Source: Proteiniphilum sp. UBA1403 (GTDB taxonomy: Bacteria > Bacteroidota > Bacteroidia > Bacteroidales > Dysgonomonadaceae). Taken from it: 64,000 nt of DNA. Made by a program: the position numbers and the translations under genes. Every line of letters starts with the position of its first letter. The stretch's first letter is position 1. The notes below the pieces were generated by a model. It was given only the letters and a program-made list of their open reading frames with translations, did no database searches and was not told the origin of the DNA. Positions 19,238 through 28,212 of the stretch are shown in pieces. The DNA lies in NCBI GenBank assembly GCA_002305715.1, contig DBQD01000042.1:12436-76435 (forward strand). Reading direction: 5' to 3'.

Positions 19238-20434
19238 TTACTCCATGCTGGCAAACTTCAAACAAACCGGCTTGCTGAGAGATATTGAATGATCTGTATC
19301 TTTAAGCAGACCGGTTTCTTTGTCTAAAGCAAAAACTTGTATCAGGTTGTCATCCCTACCAGCGACCAACACATAATTACCATCGGGTGTAATAACAAAA
19401 TTTCTTGGATGCTTCACGGTAAGCTGATAACCTAATTTTGTGAGAGTACCATCGTTAGGGTCAATAGAGAAGATAGCCAGACCATCACCTTTTAATCGAT
19501 TCGATGCATAAAGGAATCGGCCATCCGGAGAAACATGAATATCTGCGCTACCTTGTGCACCCAGCGTGTCGGCAGCAACAACCTGCTTCTGTTTCAAATC
19601 GCCCCCATTATAGTCGAATAAAATGACCTGACCGGATAATTCTCCCAGCACATAGAGATATTTCCCTCCATTGGGATGAAAATCAAAATGACGCGGTCCA
19701 GTACCGGGAGGCATTATGAATTCCCGTTTACTGCTTTGCTGAATCACAGGTTGTCCGTCAAAGGGAGTATTCTGCACAGTAAACCTATACATTTTATCGG
19801 TCCCCAGATCAGTAGCAAATAAATACAAGCCATCGGGTGAATAACGCACACTGTGAACATGCGATCCCTGTTGACGTACGCTATCTGGTCCATTTCCATT
19901 GAACTGCATCACCCAAGTAGCAGAACCCAAGAGCCCCTCTGAGTCTACTTGGAAAGAGGTAATGCTGCCACCACCATAATTAGCCGTATGCAAATCTTTC
20001 CCATTGCTGTGAATAGTAATGTAGCAGGGGCTCTCAGCGAGGGTGAGCCTTGTATCAATAATCGAAAGTTGACCATGCTTCTTGTTGAAGGATAAAGCGT
20101 ATACTGCACTACTCTCCTTTTCGTTTTCCCCAACAGCATAAACAAACTTCTCATCGGGGCTCAACGTGAGATATGATGGATTGGTTAGCTCAACCATGCT
20201 CACAGAATCGGATTTTCCGGATAGGGAATTGAATCGGTATACATAAATTCCTTTGCTTCCCTCTTCAGAGGTATAGGTACCGACAAGCAGAAACAGATCA
20301 CCCTCGGCCGCCTTTGCTAAAAAAGAGGTTGTCTCTTCAACTGAGACAGTTTTATTTAACTGTTGCGACTTTTTACCAGTGCATGATGACACTAAAACCG
20401 TAGTTAACACTGTTATAATAATTTTATAATACAT
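19238..20434 (-). CDS. Lactonase family beta-propeller lipoprotein (6-phosphogluconolactonase-like)
   Basis: Lipobox LVSSC; NPSYL, ANYGGG, GPRHFDFHP, SPDGRFLYASNR, PRNF. Confidence 0.9.
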   Translation of the reverse strand: MYYKIIITVLTTVLVSSCTGKKSQQLNKTVSVEETTSFLAKAAEGDLFLLVGTYTSEEGSKGIYVYRFNSLSGKSDSVSMVELTNPSYLTLSPDEKFVYAVGENEKESSAVYALSFNKKHGQLSIIDTRLTLAESPCYITIHSNGKDLHTANYGGGSITSFQVDSEGLLGSATWVMQFNGNGPDSVRQQGSHVHSVRYSPDGLYLFATDLGTDKMYRFTVQNTPFDGQPVIQQSSKREFIMPPGTGPRHFDFHPNGGKYLYVLGELSGQVILFDYNGGDLKQKQVVAADTLGAQGSADIHVSPDGRFLYASNRLKGDGLAIFSIDPNDGTLTKLGYQLTVKHPRNFVITPDGNYVLVAGRDDNLIQVFALDKETGLLKDTDHSISLSKPVCLKFASME

Positions 20435-20583
20435 ATTGCATAAATTGGGTTTAAAGAATCAAAATAAGTCATTTTTTTCGGATCCACTTCAACCTTTTGC
20501 AAAAAATATTCACTTAGGCTCCATTTTGAGTGAAAATTATAATAGATTGTGAAATTAAAGTTGCGAATATGGTGCAGTCTGCT

Positions 20584-20591
20584 TACTTTTG
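20584..20591 (+). promoter_or_regulatory. -7 promoter element
   Basis: TACTTTTG 40 bp upstream of the 20631 ORF. Confidence 0.6.
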
Positions 20592-20630
20592 CACCTATAA
20601 TTATCGAACTATACTATAAAAATTAGAAAA

Positions 20631-21056
20631 ATGTTATCCAAAATATTATCGATTACAGGACGTCCCGGTTTATATAAACTAGTCTCAACCAATAAAAATC
20701 TAAATATTGTAGAATCACTTGACAACGGAAAAAGAATTCCTATTTATCCACAGGAAAAAGTAGTTGCATTGAGCGATGTTTCCATTTATACAAAAGAGGG
20801 AGACACACCGTTGCGTGAAGTGTTTATGACAATGAAAGAGAAAGAGAATGGTGCAAAGATTACGTTGGGAAGCAAATCGAAGAACAGCGAACTGTTGGCC
20901 TATTTGGAGGAGGTTTTACCTGACTATAGCAGAGAAAGTGTATATCCCTCAGATGTAAAAAAGATGATTGCCTGGTATAACATTCTCATTGAAAATAATA
21001 TCAGCTTCGAAAAAGAGGAAGTAGAGAAAACAGAAGAGGAAAAAGCGGAAAAATAA
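20631..21056 (+). CDS. DUF5606-family Bacteroidetes protein
   Basis: ILSITGRPGLYKLV N-terminus; YPSDVKKMIAWYNIL. Confidence 0.8.
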   Translation: MLSKILSITGRPGLYKLVSTNKNLNIVESLDNGKRIPIYPQEKVVALSDVSIYTKEGDTPLREVFMTMKEKENGAKITLGSKSKNSELLAYLEEVLPDYSRESVYPSDVKKMIAWYNILIENNISFEKEEVEKTEEEKAEK

Positions 21057-21099
21057 GGAGAGGAAAACGAAAAAGGCACCCATTTAAGAGCAATGTAAA

Positions 21100-21942
21100 T
21101 TGAATGCAAGAGATTTATTTACTCGTGCAGGAGCAGGAATTATCTATATTCTGTTGATCCTGTTAGGTGTACTGGGAGGGCGCACCAGTTTCCTAATTGT
21201 CTTTGGCACCATCTTGGCCATCGGTCTCTTTGAATTCTATCGCATGGTTGAGAAGGACACCACTCACGCTATTAGCAAGATTTTCAACATATCGATGGGT
21301 ATTTTGCTCTTTTTATCCGTATTTCTCTTCATTGAGGGTATTTTCCTCTTTGCCCTGCCTGTCGGCATCCTCGTTTATCTGATGATTCTCTTCACCTCAT
21401 CGGTATTTCTACGCAGGCAGGATATCCTTCACGGCATCATCTATTCCGTTTTCGGACAAATATACGTAACGATGCCCTTAGGGCTATTGATGCTTCTCTC
21501 CTACTCCTACCAAAGTAATCTTTCTGGCGAGGGTCACCATTGGGCACCAATATTGGCTTTATTTGTTTTCATATGGATAAACGACACTGCAGCCTATTTT
21601 ATTGGTTCACTCATTGGTAAACACAAACTAATTGAACATATATCCCCAAAAAAGTCGGTTGAAGGGTTCATAGCCGGCATACTCTTTACTCTGCTTGCAT
21701 CCTTCTTTTTTGCCAAATTCTATCCGGAGTACTCTACTGCATTCTGGATGGGTTACGCAGCTGTAGTCGCTCTCTTTGGTACGTTGGGTGACCTATTTGA
21801 GTCACTCATTAAACGCACATGTGGTGTGAAAGATGCAGGGAACCTAATTCCTGGACATGGGGGTATCCTCGACCGCATCGACAGTCTGCTGGTAGCCGTA
21901 CCTGCTGCTTATCTTTACCTTCTTATATTTCTATCCTTTTGA
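21100..21942 (+). CDS. cdsA: Phosphatidate cytidylyltransferase
   Basis: DTAAYFIG, SPKKSVEG, GDLFESLIKR, KDAGNLIPGHGGILDRIDS. Confidence 0.95.
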   Translation: MNARDLFTRAGAGIIYILLILLGVLGGRTSFLIVFGTILAIGLFEFYRMVEKDTTHAISKIFNISMGILLFLSVFLFIEGIFLFALPVGILVYLMILFTSSVFLRRQDILHGIIYSVFGQIYVTMPLGLLMLLSYSYQSNLSGEGHHWAPILALFVFIWINDTAAYFIGSLIGKHKLIEHISPKKSVEGFIAGILFTLLASFFFAKFYPEYSTAFWMGYAAVVALFGTLGDLFESLIKRTCGVKDAGNLIPGHGGILDRIDSLLVAVPAAYLYLLIFLSF

Positions 21943-22013
21943 TAAATTCTTGTTTGTTCAAAACAAAAGCGGTGGAGTAACGTTATTTTATTTTACCATC
22001 AAACACTTTTACT

Positions 22014-22232
22014 ATGAACAAAAAGCTAATTGGAACGAATGCAGGAATAATATGGAACCTACTGAATAATAGACAAAAATGGAATGTTACTCAGTTAAAG
22101 GAGTCCTCTGGACTTTTAGAAAAAGAGATCTATACAGCTATTGGTTGGCTTGCCAGAGAGAATAAAATTGAAATAGACAAAAATGAAGAGGGGCAGGAGG
22201 TCTATTACCTCCTGATTGAATATTATTTCTAA
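22014..22232 (+). CDS. Small winged-helix protein (DUF2582 family)
   Basis: IGTNAGIIWNLL; AIGWLARENKI. Confidence 0.85.
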   Translation: MNKKLIGTNAGIIWNLLNNRQKWNVTQLKESSGLLEKEIYTAIGWLARENKIEIDKNEEGQEVYYLLIEYYF

Positions 22233-22254
22233 CTTATTGATCCATTCAACAAAC

Positions 22255-23286
22255 TTACATTACCCCTTTCTCACGAAGACGGAGCTGCCACCTCCAAGCT
22301 GAAGCCATGGTATCTTCAATAGTCTCCACAGCTTTCCAGCCCAGAACATTGTTTGCCTTATCGGGTTGAGCCCAAATCTTTTCTATATCCCCCTCTCTAC
22401 GGCCCACAATTTTGTAATTCAACGCTGTACCTGAGACCTTTTCAAAAACGTGAATCAGTTCAAGTACTGAAAGACCTTTTCCGGTACCCAGATTGAAAAT
22501 TTCCACTTTCTCTTCCGATTTATCTTCAAGCATTCTTTCTATAGCAATAACGTGTGCTTTGGCAAGATCCACCACATTAATAAAGTCACGAATACATGAT
22601 CCGTCGGGGGTATGGTAATCGTCACCAAAAACGCTTAATTGGTATCTAACACCAATACCAGTCTGTGTAATATAGGGCACCAAATTTTGGGGAACACCCA
22701 ATGGTAGCTCCCCAATTTCAGCCGAGGGATGAGCACCAATAGGATTAAAATAGCGTAAGATAATTGACTTGATTGGTGCTCCCGAATGAACAAAATCTTG
22801 AATTATCTCTTCATTGATCTGCTTTGTATTACCATATGGAGAGGCGGCAGGTTTGATGGGAGCATTTTCATCAATGGGATTGTAGTCCGGTTCTCCATAC
22901 ACTGTGCAGGAGGAAGAAAATACAATACCCTTCACTTGGTTAGCGGGCATCAACTCAAGTAGATTGATGAGCGAAACAAGGTTGTTGCGATAGTAGAGTA
23001 ACGGTTGTTGAACCGACTCTCCAACAGCCTTACTAGCTGCAAAGTGTATAATTCCATCGAAATGGTACTTTGCAAAAAGCGATTTCATAGCCTCAAAATC
23101 AGTACAATCTAACTTGTCAAAAACAGGTCGCTTTCCGGTAATGCGTTCAATACCATCGAGTACATCGATATTTGAATTAGAAAGATTATCAACTATAACA
23201 ACATCATACCCTGCTTGTTGTAGTTCTACAACCGTGTGCGAACCAATATATCCAGTTCCCCCGGTTACCAAGATTTTCTTTGCCAT
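22255..23286 (-). CDS. galE: UDP-glucose 4-epimerase
   Basis: GGTGYIGSH, FSSSCTVYG, YGNTK, LRYFNPIGAH, RDFINVVDLA. Confidence 0.97.
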   Translation of the reverse strand: MAKKILVTGGTGYIGSHTVVELQQAGYDVVIVDNLSNSNIDVLDGIERITGKRPVFDKLDCTDFEAMKSLFAKYHFDGIIHFAASKAVGESVQQPLLYYRNNLVSLINLLELMPANQVKGIVFSSSCTVYGEPDYNPIDENAPIKPAASPYGNTKQINEEIIQDFVHSGAPIKSIILRYFNPIGAHPSAEIGELPLGVPQNLVPYITQTGIGVRYQLSVFGDDYHTPDGSCIRDFINVVDLAKAHVIAIERMLEDKSEEKVEIFNLGTGKGLSVLELIHVFEKVSGTALNYKIVGRREGDIEKIWAQPDKANNVLGWKAVETIEDTMASAWRWQLRLREKGVM

Positions 23287-23397
23287 AATATTATTTTGTT
23301 TGCCTGTTTTTGCACAAAAATACGAAAATTTTCTCTATGTTTGTCATTACCCTATTATCGTAGTTAGCAAAAAGCAGTTCAATAAATCAGCCGTTAA

Positions 23398-24381
23398 ATG
23401 TACAATGTAAAAACATACTACCGAAAAGAAGAGCTTCCCTCCATGGAAGAGAGCAGTTTTTTTCATTCGGCCTCCGGATTCGACTGGTATAGTAATTCAC
23501 CAGCATATAAACCTCTGATGCTAGTTGCATTTGATGCCGACAGGCCAGTGGCTGCTTTATTTGCCGTAATTACACGCATTAACCGCTTTCTCAAGGGCAA
23601 GCTCTTTCAACGATGTTTCATTACACAGCAACCACAATTCTTTGAAAAGAACCTTTCACAAATAGATGTATTTGAAAAGCTGATAACCCATCTGGTTGAA
23701 GAAGTAAAAAATAAGGTATTTCTCATCCGATATGATAACTTGGGTAATGCAATATTTGGCTACAAAGGATTTCGTGCAAATAAATTCTATTCTGTAAAAT
23801 GGATCAATATCCGGAATTCATTACAGCGAAAACGCAAGATATGGGATCAGCTTTCTGCATCACGTAAGAATCAGGTCAATAAAGCAATGAAAAAAGGCCT
23901 GATTGTAGAGGAGTTTAAAACAGAAGAGAATTTACCGGAGCTATACAAACTCATTCAGCAGACGAATAACAAAAAAATTTGGCGCCGTTTACCTCCATAT
24001 CAGTATTTTAAAAATTACTTTTGTCATTATGTAAAAAAGGATAAAGGGAAGATACTTTTAACTCGCTATCAGGGCAAAATCGTTGGGGGAGCTTTTTTGG
24101 GGTTTGAGAAAAGAGAAACCGTTTACTGTCTCTATTACTGGGGTAAATCAAAACGATACAAGATGGTATACCCCACCATTTTCACCCTCTACACAGCAAT
24201 GAAGATGTCTGAAGAACAAGGATTTCAATATTTTGATTTCATGGATGTGGGTTTTCTTGATAAACGAGCAGGCAGATCGCGTTTTCTATTACAATTTGGT
24301 GGAAAACAAAGAGCTACTCGACGTTGGTACAGGTTCAACTGGTCTCTGTTGAATTTCTTTGCCAATAAGTTATACGACTAA
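23398..24381 (+). CDS. GNAT/FemAB-fold protein (Acetyltransf_6-like)
   Basis: SASRKNQVNKAMKKGL, FDFMDVG, FLLQFGG motifs of Fem-like fold. Confidence 0.7.
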   Translation: MYNVKTYYRKEELPSMEESSFFHSASGFDWYSNSPAYKPLMLVAFDADRPVAALFAVITRINRFLKGKLFQRCFITQQPQFFEKNLSQIDVFEKLITHLVEEVKNKVFLIRYDNLGNAIFGYKGFRANKFYSVKWINIRNSLQRKRKIWDQLSASRKNQVNKAMKKGLIVEEFKTEENLPELYKLIQQTNNKKIWRRLPPYQYFKNYFCHYVKKDKGKILLTRYQGKIVGGAFLGFEKRETVYCLYYWGKSKRYKMVYPTIFTLYTAMKMSEEQGFQYFDFMDVGFLDKRAGRSRFLLQFGGKQRATRRWYRFNWSLLNFFANKLYD

Positions 24382-24495
24382 TTTCCTGCAACTACACATG
24401 ATTTGCAAAGAAACGTAAAGAGCTATTTTTTTTAGAACATCCCTCTGATTCAAATACTAAAGTAGCTTAAAAATAAAACATTTCCCATGAAATCC

Positions 24496-24527
24496 TTTGG
24501 TTTATTCCAACAGATGCAATATATTTG
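24496..24527 (+). promoter_or_regulatory. Consensus Bacteroidetes promoter with no downstream ORF on the same strand
   Basis: TTTG 24496-24499, 20-bp spacer, TATATTTG 24520-24527. Confidence 0.75.
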
Positions 24528-24533
24528 CATCGT

Positions 24534-24602
24534 GTTTTTCATGGTATTAGATTTAAGGTTAACAATGAAGATTGGTTGTCGTGAGACAACCATTCCTTTT
24601 TT
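24534..24602 (+). ncRNA. Candidate ~70-nt small RNA
   Basis: Promoter immediately upstream, unstructured 5' part (TTTTTCATGGTATTAGATTTAAGGTTAAC), GNRA-capped terminator hairpin; 5' end estimated from promoter spacing. Confidence 0.7.
24573..24602 (+). terminator. Intrinsic terminator of candidate sRNA
   Basis: TGGTTGTC-GTGA-GACAACCA followed by TTCCTTTTTT. Confidence 0.8.
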
Positions 24603-24808
24603 ATGGCGTTAGGTATACCAAAATTATGAGAACTCTACTTCTTATTATCGCAATCCAAACGATTTCATTTATTTCTACGATATTATTTACTAGATTTTAA
24701 ACACCAACATCTACTTTTAAAATGAGCTGTATGTTGAGAAAGTGAGAACTATTATTTCAAGGGTATAATTTTTCTACCTATTCTTCGCTGCTCACTAAAA
24801 TCCAAAAC

Positions 24809-25540
24809 TCACTTGTATTTCTCCCACAGATCGTTGTGAATGATTTGCCACGACTGCTCAATCAATTGAGGAATATCAGATTCCTTCACTCCTTCAGTGG
24901 ATATTGGTTTATGAATAATCAATTCTAACTTCGATGGACTCAACTGAAATGAGTCTCTTTTTAACACATCGTACGATCCATTGATGGTGAGCGGAACAAT
25001 TGGCAGTTTCAAATCATATGCTATATGATAGGCTCCTTTTTTAAAGGATCTCATTTTGCCTGTATGTGTTCGGGCACCTTCCGGAAAAATAACCATTGAA
25101 ACACCATCCACAATCTGTTCCTTCGCTCTCAATATTGAAGCTGTACGAGCGGCAAGGCTTGAATTATCTACAAAAACATGTCCAGCTTTCTCCGATGCAA
25201 AACCAACAAAAGGAATCTTGCGCAAACTAGCTTTCTGCATCCACTTTACATTCTGATTGAGAAATCCATATACTAGAAAAATATCATACGACCCTTGGTG
25301 ATTGGCAACAAAAACATAGGATTGTTTGGGATCCAAATTTTCATGTCCTCTTGTTTTTACACGGCAGAGAGTTAACCAGCAAGTGAAACGCGACCACCAC
25401 TTGGGAGGATAAAAACCCCAGTACTTACTCCCAAAAAGAGGAGCCATTACCATTACCAACAATGCGGTAATCAATGTAAGCAATAAAAAAAGTGGCACAA
25501 AAATGATCCACTGATATAAAAAATATACGATTCTTTTCAC
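24809..25540 (-). CDS. plsC: 1-acyl-sn-glycerol-3-phosphate acyltransferase
   Basis: NHQGSYD, IFPEGAR, PIVPL motifs; GTG start at 25540 chosen because a TATTTTTG promoter lies inside the longer ORF. Confidence 0.9.
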   Translation of the reverse strand: MKRIVYFLYQWIIFVPLFLLLTLITALLVMVMAPLFGSKYWGFYPPKWWSRFTCWLTLCRVKTRGHENLDPKQSYVFVANHQGSYDIFLVYGFLNQNVKWMQKASLRKIPFVGFASEKAGHVFVDNSSLAARTASILRAKEQIVDGVSMVIFPEGARTHTGKMRSFKKGAYHIAYDLKLPIVPLTINGSYDVLKRDSFQLSPSKLELIIHKPISTEGVKESDIPQLIEQSWQIIHNDLWEKYK

Positions 25541-25735
25541 TTTTTCACTTGATTCTGTGTCTACAATGCAAAAATAAATATTTTTGCAAATCATCAGACA
25601 TAAATATGTAGTTTTTGCAAATCAAACAGCTTTTTTCCAGATTAAACCATTTTTTATCACGATTTATTTCCTCGTTTGTTGAATTTTGTGTTTATTTGCG
25701 CTACGAAACAAATAACAAAATTATATACATCACAC

Positions 25736-26020
25736 ATGAAAGAATTTGCTAAATACATCGGCGTAATTGTAATGCTAATAGGTGTTGCCTTTTTTGTGAT
25801 ACCTTTTTTTATGGGCACAACCAATAACACCAATCTTATTTTTGGTCTATTGCTGGTTGTAGAAGGTATGCTGGGCCATATCTATGTGAATAACATGAAA
25901 AAAGGGAGCATTATCAGCAACATCCTTTGGGCAATTATATTGTTGTTCGTCCCATTTACTGTTTTCTTCTTATTCAAAAAGGCTGCTTACACAGAAGAAG
26001 AATTGATTGCTTACAATTAA
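25736..26020 (+). CDS. Small membrane protein (94 aa, about 3 TM)
   Basis: ATG at 25736, three hydrophobic segments, followed by strong terminator. Confidence 0.7.
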   Translation: MKEFAKYIGVIVMLIGVAFFVIPFFMGTTNNTNLIFGLLLVVEGMLGHIYVNNMKKGSIISNILWAIILLFVPFTVFFLFKKAAYTEEELIAYN

Positions 26021-26048
26021 GAAGTTTGCACACACCTTTAAAGTACAA

Positions 26049-26085
26049 AGAGGCTGTCTCAATATTGAGGCAGCCTCTGTTTTTT
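26049..26085 (+). terminator. Intrinsic terminator
   Basis: AGAGGCTGTCTCAAT/ATTGAGGCAGCCTCT then GTTTTTT. Confidence 0.9.
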
Positions 26086-26180
26086 AGTACTATACTGATT
26101 AAGTTTTCGATGCGTGCAATCCATTTTAAAGGATGTGAAAGAATGGTCTTTCACTGCATCATGCATGTATCTTACTACCT

Positions 26181-26261
26181 TCACCCTCATTCCCTCCTTA
26201 TACCCTCCTTATGTCAACCTTATAAAACAACGGAGGGGATATATGGGGATGATAGGGTTGA
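26181..26261. repeat. Imperfect ~30-bp inverted repeat (C-rich/G-rich arms)
   Basis: TCACCCTCATTCCCTCCTTATACCCTCC ... GGAGGGGATATATGGGGATGATAGGGTTGA. Confidence 0.6.
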
Positions 26262-26285
26262 TGCAAACGTGAAGAGAGTTGAGTA

Positions 26286-27671
26286 TCACTTACGATCGAC
26301 GTACAGTTGAGAGTTCTCATACTTTTTAACCACAACCGCCTCATCTTTTTCAATAAATCCTCTCAAAGAAACAGCATCGTAATAACTCCCATCAATTATT
26401 ACCTTACCAGAAGGACGAAGAACTGTAGCTGCTTTTCCCATCTGTCCTACCATTGTTGCAGGTTGCATAGGAACAGATATGAAACCTTCCTGATCGGCAT
26501 GCAATGCAGCCTTATTCAGAATTCCCGGTTTTCCGATGCGACTCGACAAGTAGAGAATTAAACTAACACTCAATCCCATTCCACCCAATACAATCATGAT
26601 GGCTCGAAAGATTTCTGTAGTTGGTAGACCTTCGAAGTTAAAGCGAATATTTCCAATAAGAGCAAGTATCAATGCCAAAATGACCAAAATAATTCCTGTG
26701 ATACCGATGACACCAAATCCGGGAACGACAAACAACTCAAAGACAATAAGAATTATTCCCAAAACGAAGAGCAACATCTCCCAATTCTGGGCATAACCTG
26801 TTAGATAAAGAGGTGTAAAATAGAGTATTGCTGCTGTAATGGCGATAGCTGTAGGAAATCCTATTCCGGGTGAATGCAATTCAAAATAAATACCTCCAAT
26901 AATTAACATGATCAATAAAGCTTGCACCACACCATTGGTGAGGAAACCTCTTATCTGGTCATAGAAAGTGGGATTATAGGTTTCAAGGCGATAGTCGGGA
27001 TATGATAAGTGGGTGACAATCAACTCGTGAAGGCTTTCGGCAACTCCATCGCAATACCCCAACTCCATGGCCTGGCTTGCGGTAAGTGTGAGAATCTGTG
27101 TGGAATCGGCATAGCCGGGCACCACAACTTTTTCATCAACCATGGCTTCAGCAATTATTGGATCGCGCTTCCACCTGGTTAAAGTATCCTCCAGCTCAAT
27201 GGTTATTACTTTACCATGGCTCTCAGCTGTTGCTCGCATAATAGCACGCATATAAGACTGATATTTGTCAGGTGCCTTAGCCCCATCAGTTCCATCCACC
27301 ACCGTGGCCGCACCAATGGAGGCACTTTTTCGCATAAAGATGCTGTCGCAAGCAGTGGATATGAGCGCACCGGCTGAAGCAGCATTGTTATCGATAAAAA
27401 CATAAATGGGTAGCGGATAATTCAAAATAGCAGTACGCATTGAATCTGCCTCGAGTACACTGCCACCGTAGGTGTTCATATGCAGCAACACCACACGAGC
27501 ATCTTTCTGCAGCGCTTCATGCAAACCATTCTGCAAATATATCCAGGTGTTACTACCGATGTTTTCCTTGATGTTGATTCGATAGATTAACACTTTGTCA
27601 TCTTGTGCGTGCAGACCCTGTAACAAAAACCACCCTGCCAAGAGAATAAAAATGGAACGTAATTTTTTCAT
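26286..27671 (-). CDS. NfeD-family membrane-bound ClpP-class serine protease
   Basis: MNTYGG, AASAGALI, IGAATVV, YFELHSPG, PGFGVIG, LRPSGKV OB-fold tail. Confidence 0.9.
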   Translation of the reverse strand: MKKLRSIFILLAGWFLLQGLHAQDDKVLIYRINIKENIGSNTWIYLQNGLHEALQKDARVVLLHMNTYGGSVLEADSMRTAILNYPLPIYVFIDNNAASAGALISTACDSIFMRKSASIGAATVVDGTDGAKAPDKYQSYMRAIMRATAESHGKVITIELEDTLTRWKRDPIIAEAMVDEKVVVPGYADSTQILTLTASQAMELGYCDGVAESLHELIVTHLSYPDYRLETYNPTFYDQIRGFLTNGVVQALLIMLIIGGIYFELHSPGIGFPTAIAITAAILYFTPLYLTGYAQNWEMLLFVLGIILIVFELFVVPGFGVIGITGIILVILALILALIGNIRFNFEGLPTTEIFRAIMIVLGGMGLSVSLILYLSSRIGKPGILNKAALHADQEGFISVPMQPATMVGQMGKAATVLRPSGKVIIDGSYYDAVSLRGFIEKDEAVVVKKYENSQLYVDRK

Positions 27672-27740
27672 TTTTAACAGCTATAATATAACAAAGATAA
27701 TAGTTTTTGGATTTCAGCTGTCATTTTCATCAAAAATGTG

Positions 27741-27748
27741 TATATTTG
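27741..27748 (+). promoter_or_regulatory. -7 promoter element for folK-like gene
   Basis: TATATTTG 18 bp upstream of ATG 27766. Confidence 0.6.
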
Positions 27749-27765
27749 TAGTTCAATTTATCAGT

Positions 27766-28212
27766 ATGAGCACTATTATATTAAGCATAGGATCTAACAC
27801 ATTCGCAAAAACCAATATCGATAAAGCTAAGCGAATGCTCTCCCGGCTTTTCCCCGAGATAACTTTCACACAACCCATTCTCACCGAGCCCGAAGAGGAG
27901 AAGTACTCCTACCTGTTTCGTAATATATTGGCCAAAGCAGAAACAGATATGACACCTGAAGAGGTGATCGATAAAATTAAACAGACCGAAAGAGCTGTAG
28001 GGCGCTCACCCAAAGATAAGTATCAGGGAAAAGTAATCATCGACATCGATCTCATTCAGTATAACGACAAAATTCTGCGCCCTGAAGACTATGGACGCAA
28101 TTATGTGCAGCAGCTTCTGGTCTTGCTGCAACAGCAAGAAACAACTGCAACAACATCATCGACCACCGCTACCGTAGATAGCCCGGCCGATAAGGATGTA
28201 CTCGAGGATTAA
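27766..28212 (+). CDS. HPPK (FolK-like) pyrophosphokinase paralogue with low-complexity C-terminal tail
   Basis: IILSIGSN, IKQTERAVGR, IIDIDLI; ATG 27766 downstream of promoter. Confidence 0.8.
   Translation: MSTIILSIGSNTFAKTNIDKAKRMLSRLFPEITFTQPILTEPEEEKYSYLFRNILAKAETDMTPEEVIDKIKQTERAVGRSPKDKYQGKVIIDIDLIQYNDKILRPEDYGRNYVQQLLVLLQQQETTATTSSTTATVDSPADKDVLED

Noticed and set aside
25541-25624. Longer plsC start at 25594 and nearby TTTTTGCAAATCA direct repeat
   Set aside because: A promoter motif lies within the extension, so the GTG at 25540 is preferred; the short repeat is weak in AT-rich DNA
26286-27671. NfeD without an adjacent flotillin/stomatin partner
   Set aside because: The partner may be elsewhere in the genome; absence from the window is not informative
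27595-27765. N-terminal extension of the folK-like ORF (also 55467 for hisG, 30493 for GH2, 48520 for DUF368)
   Set aside because: These extensions overlap promoters, attenuators or neighbouring genes; downstream ATGs match family N-termini
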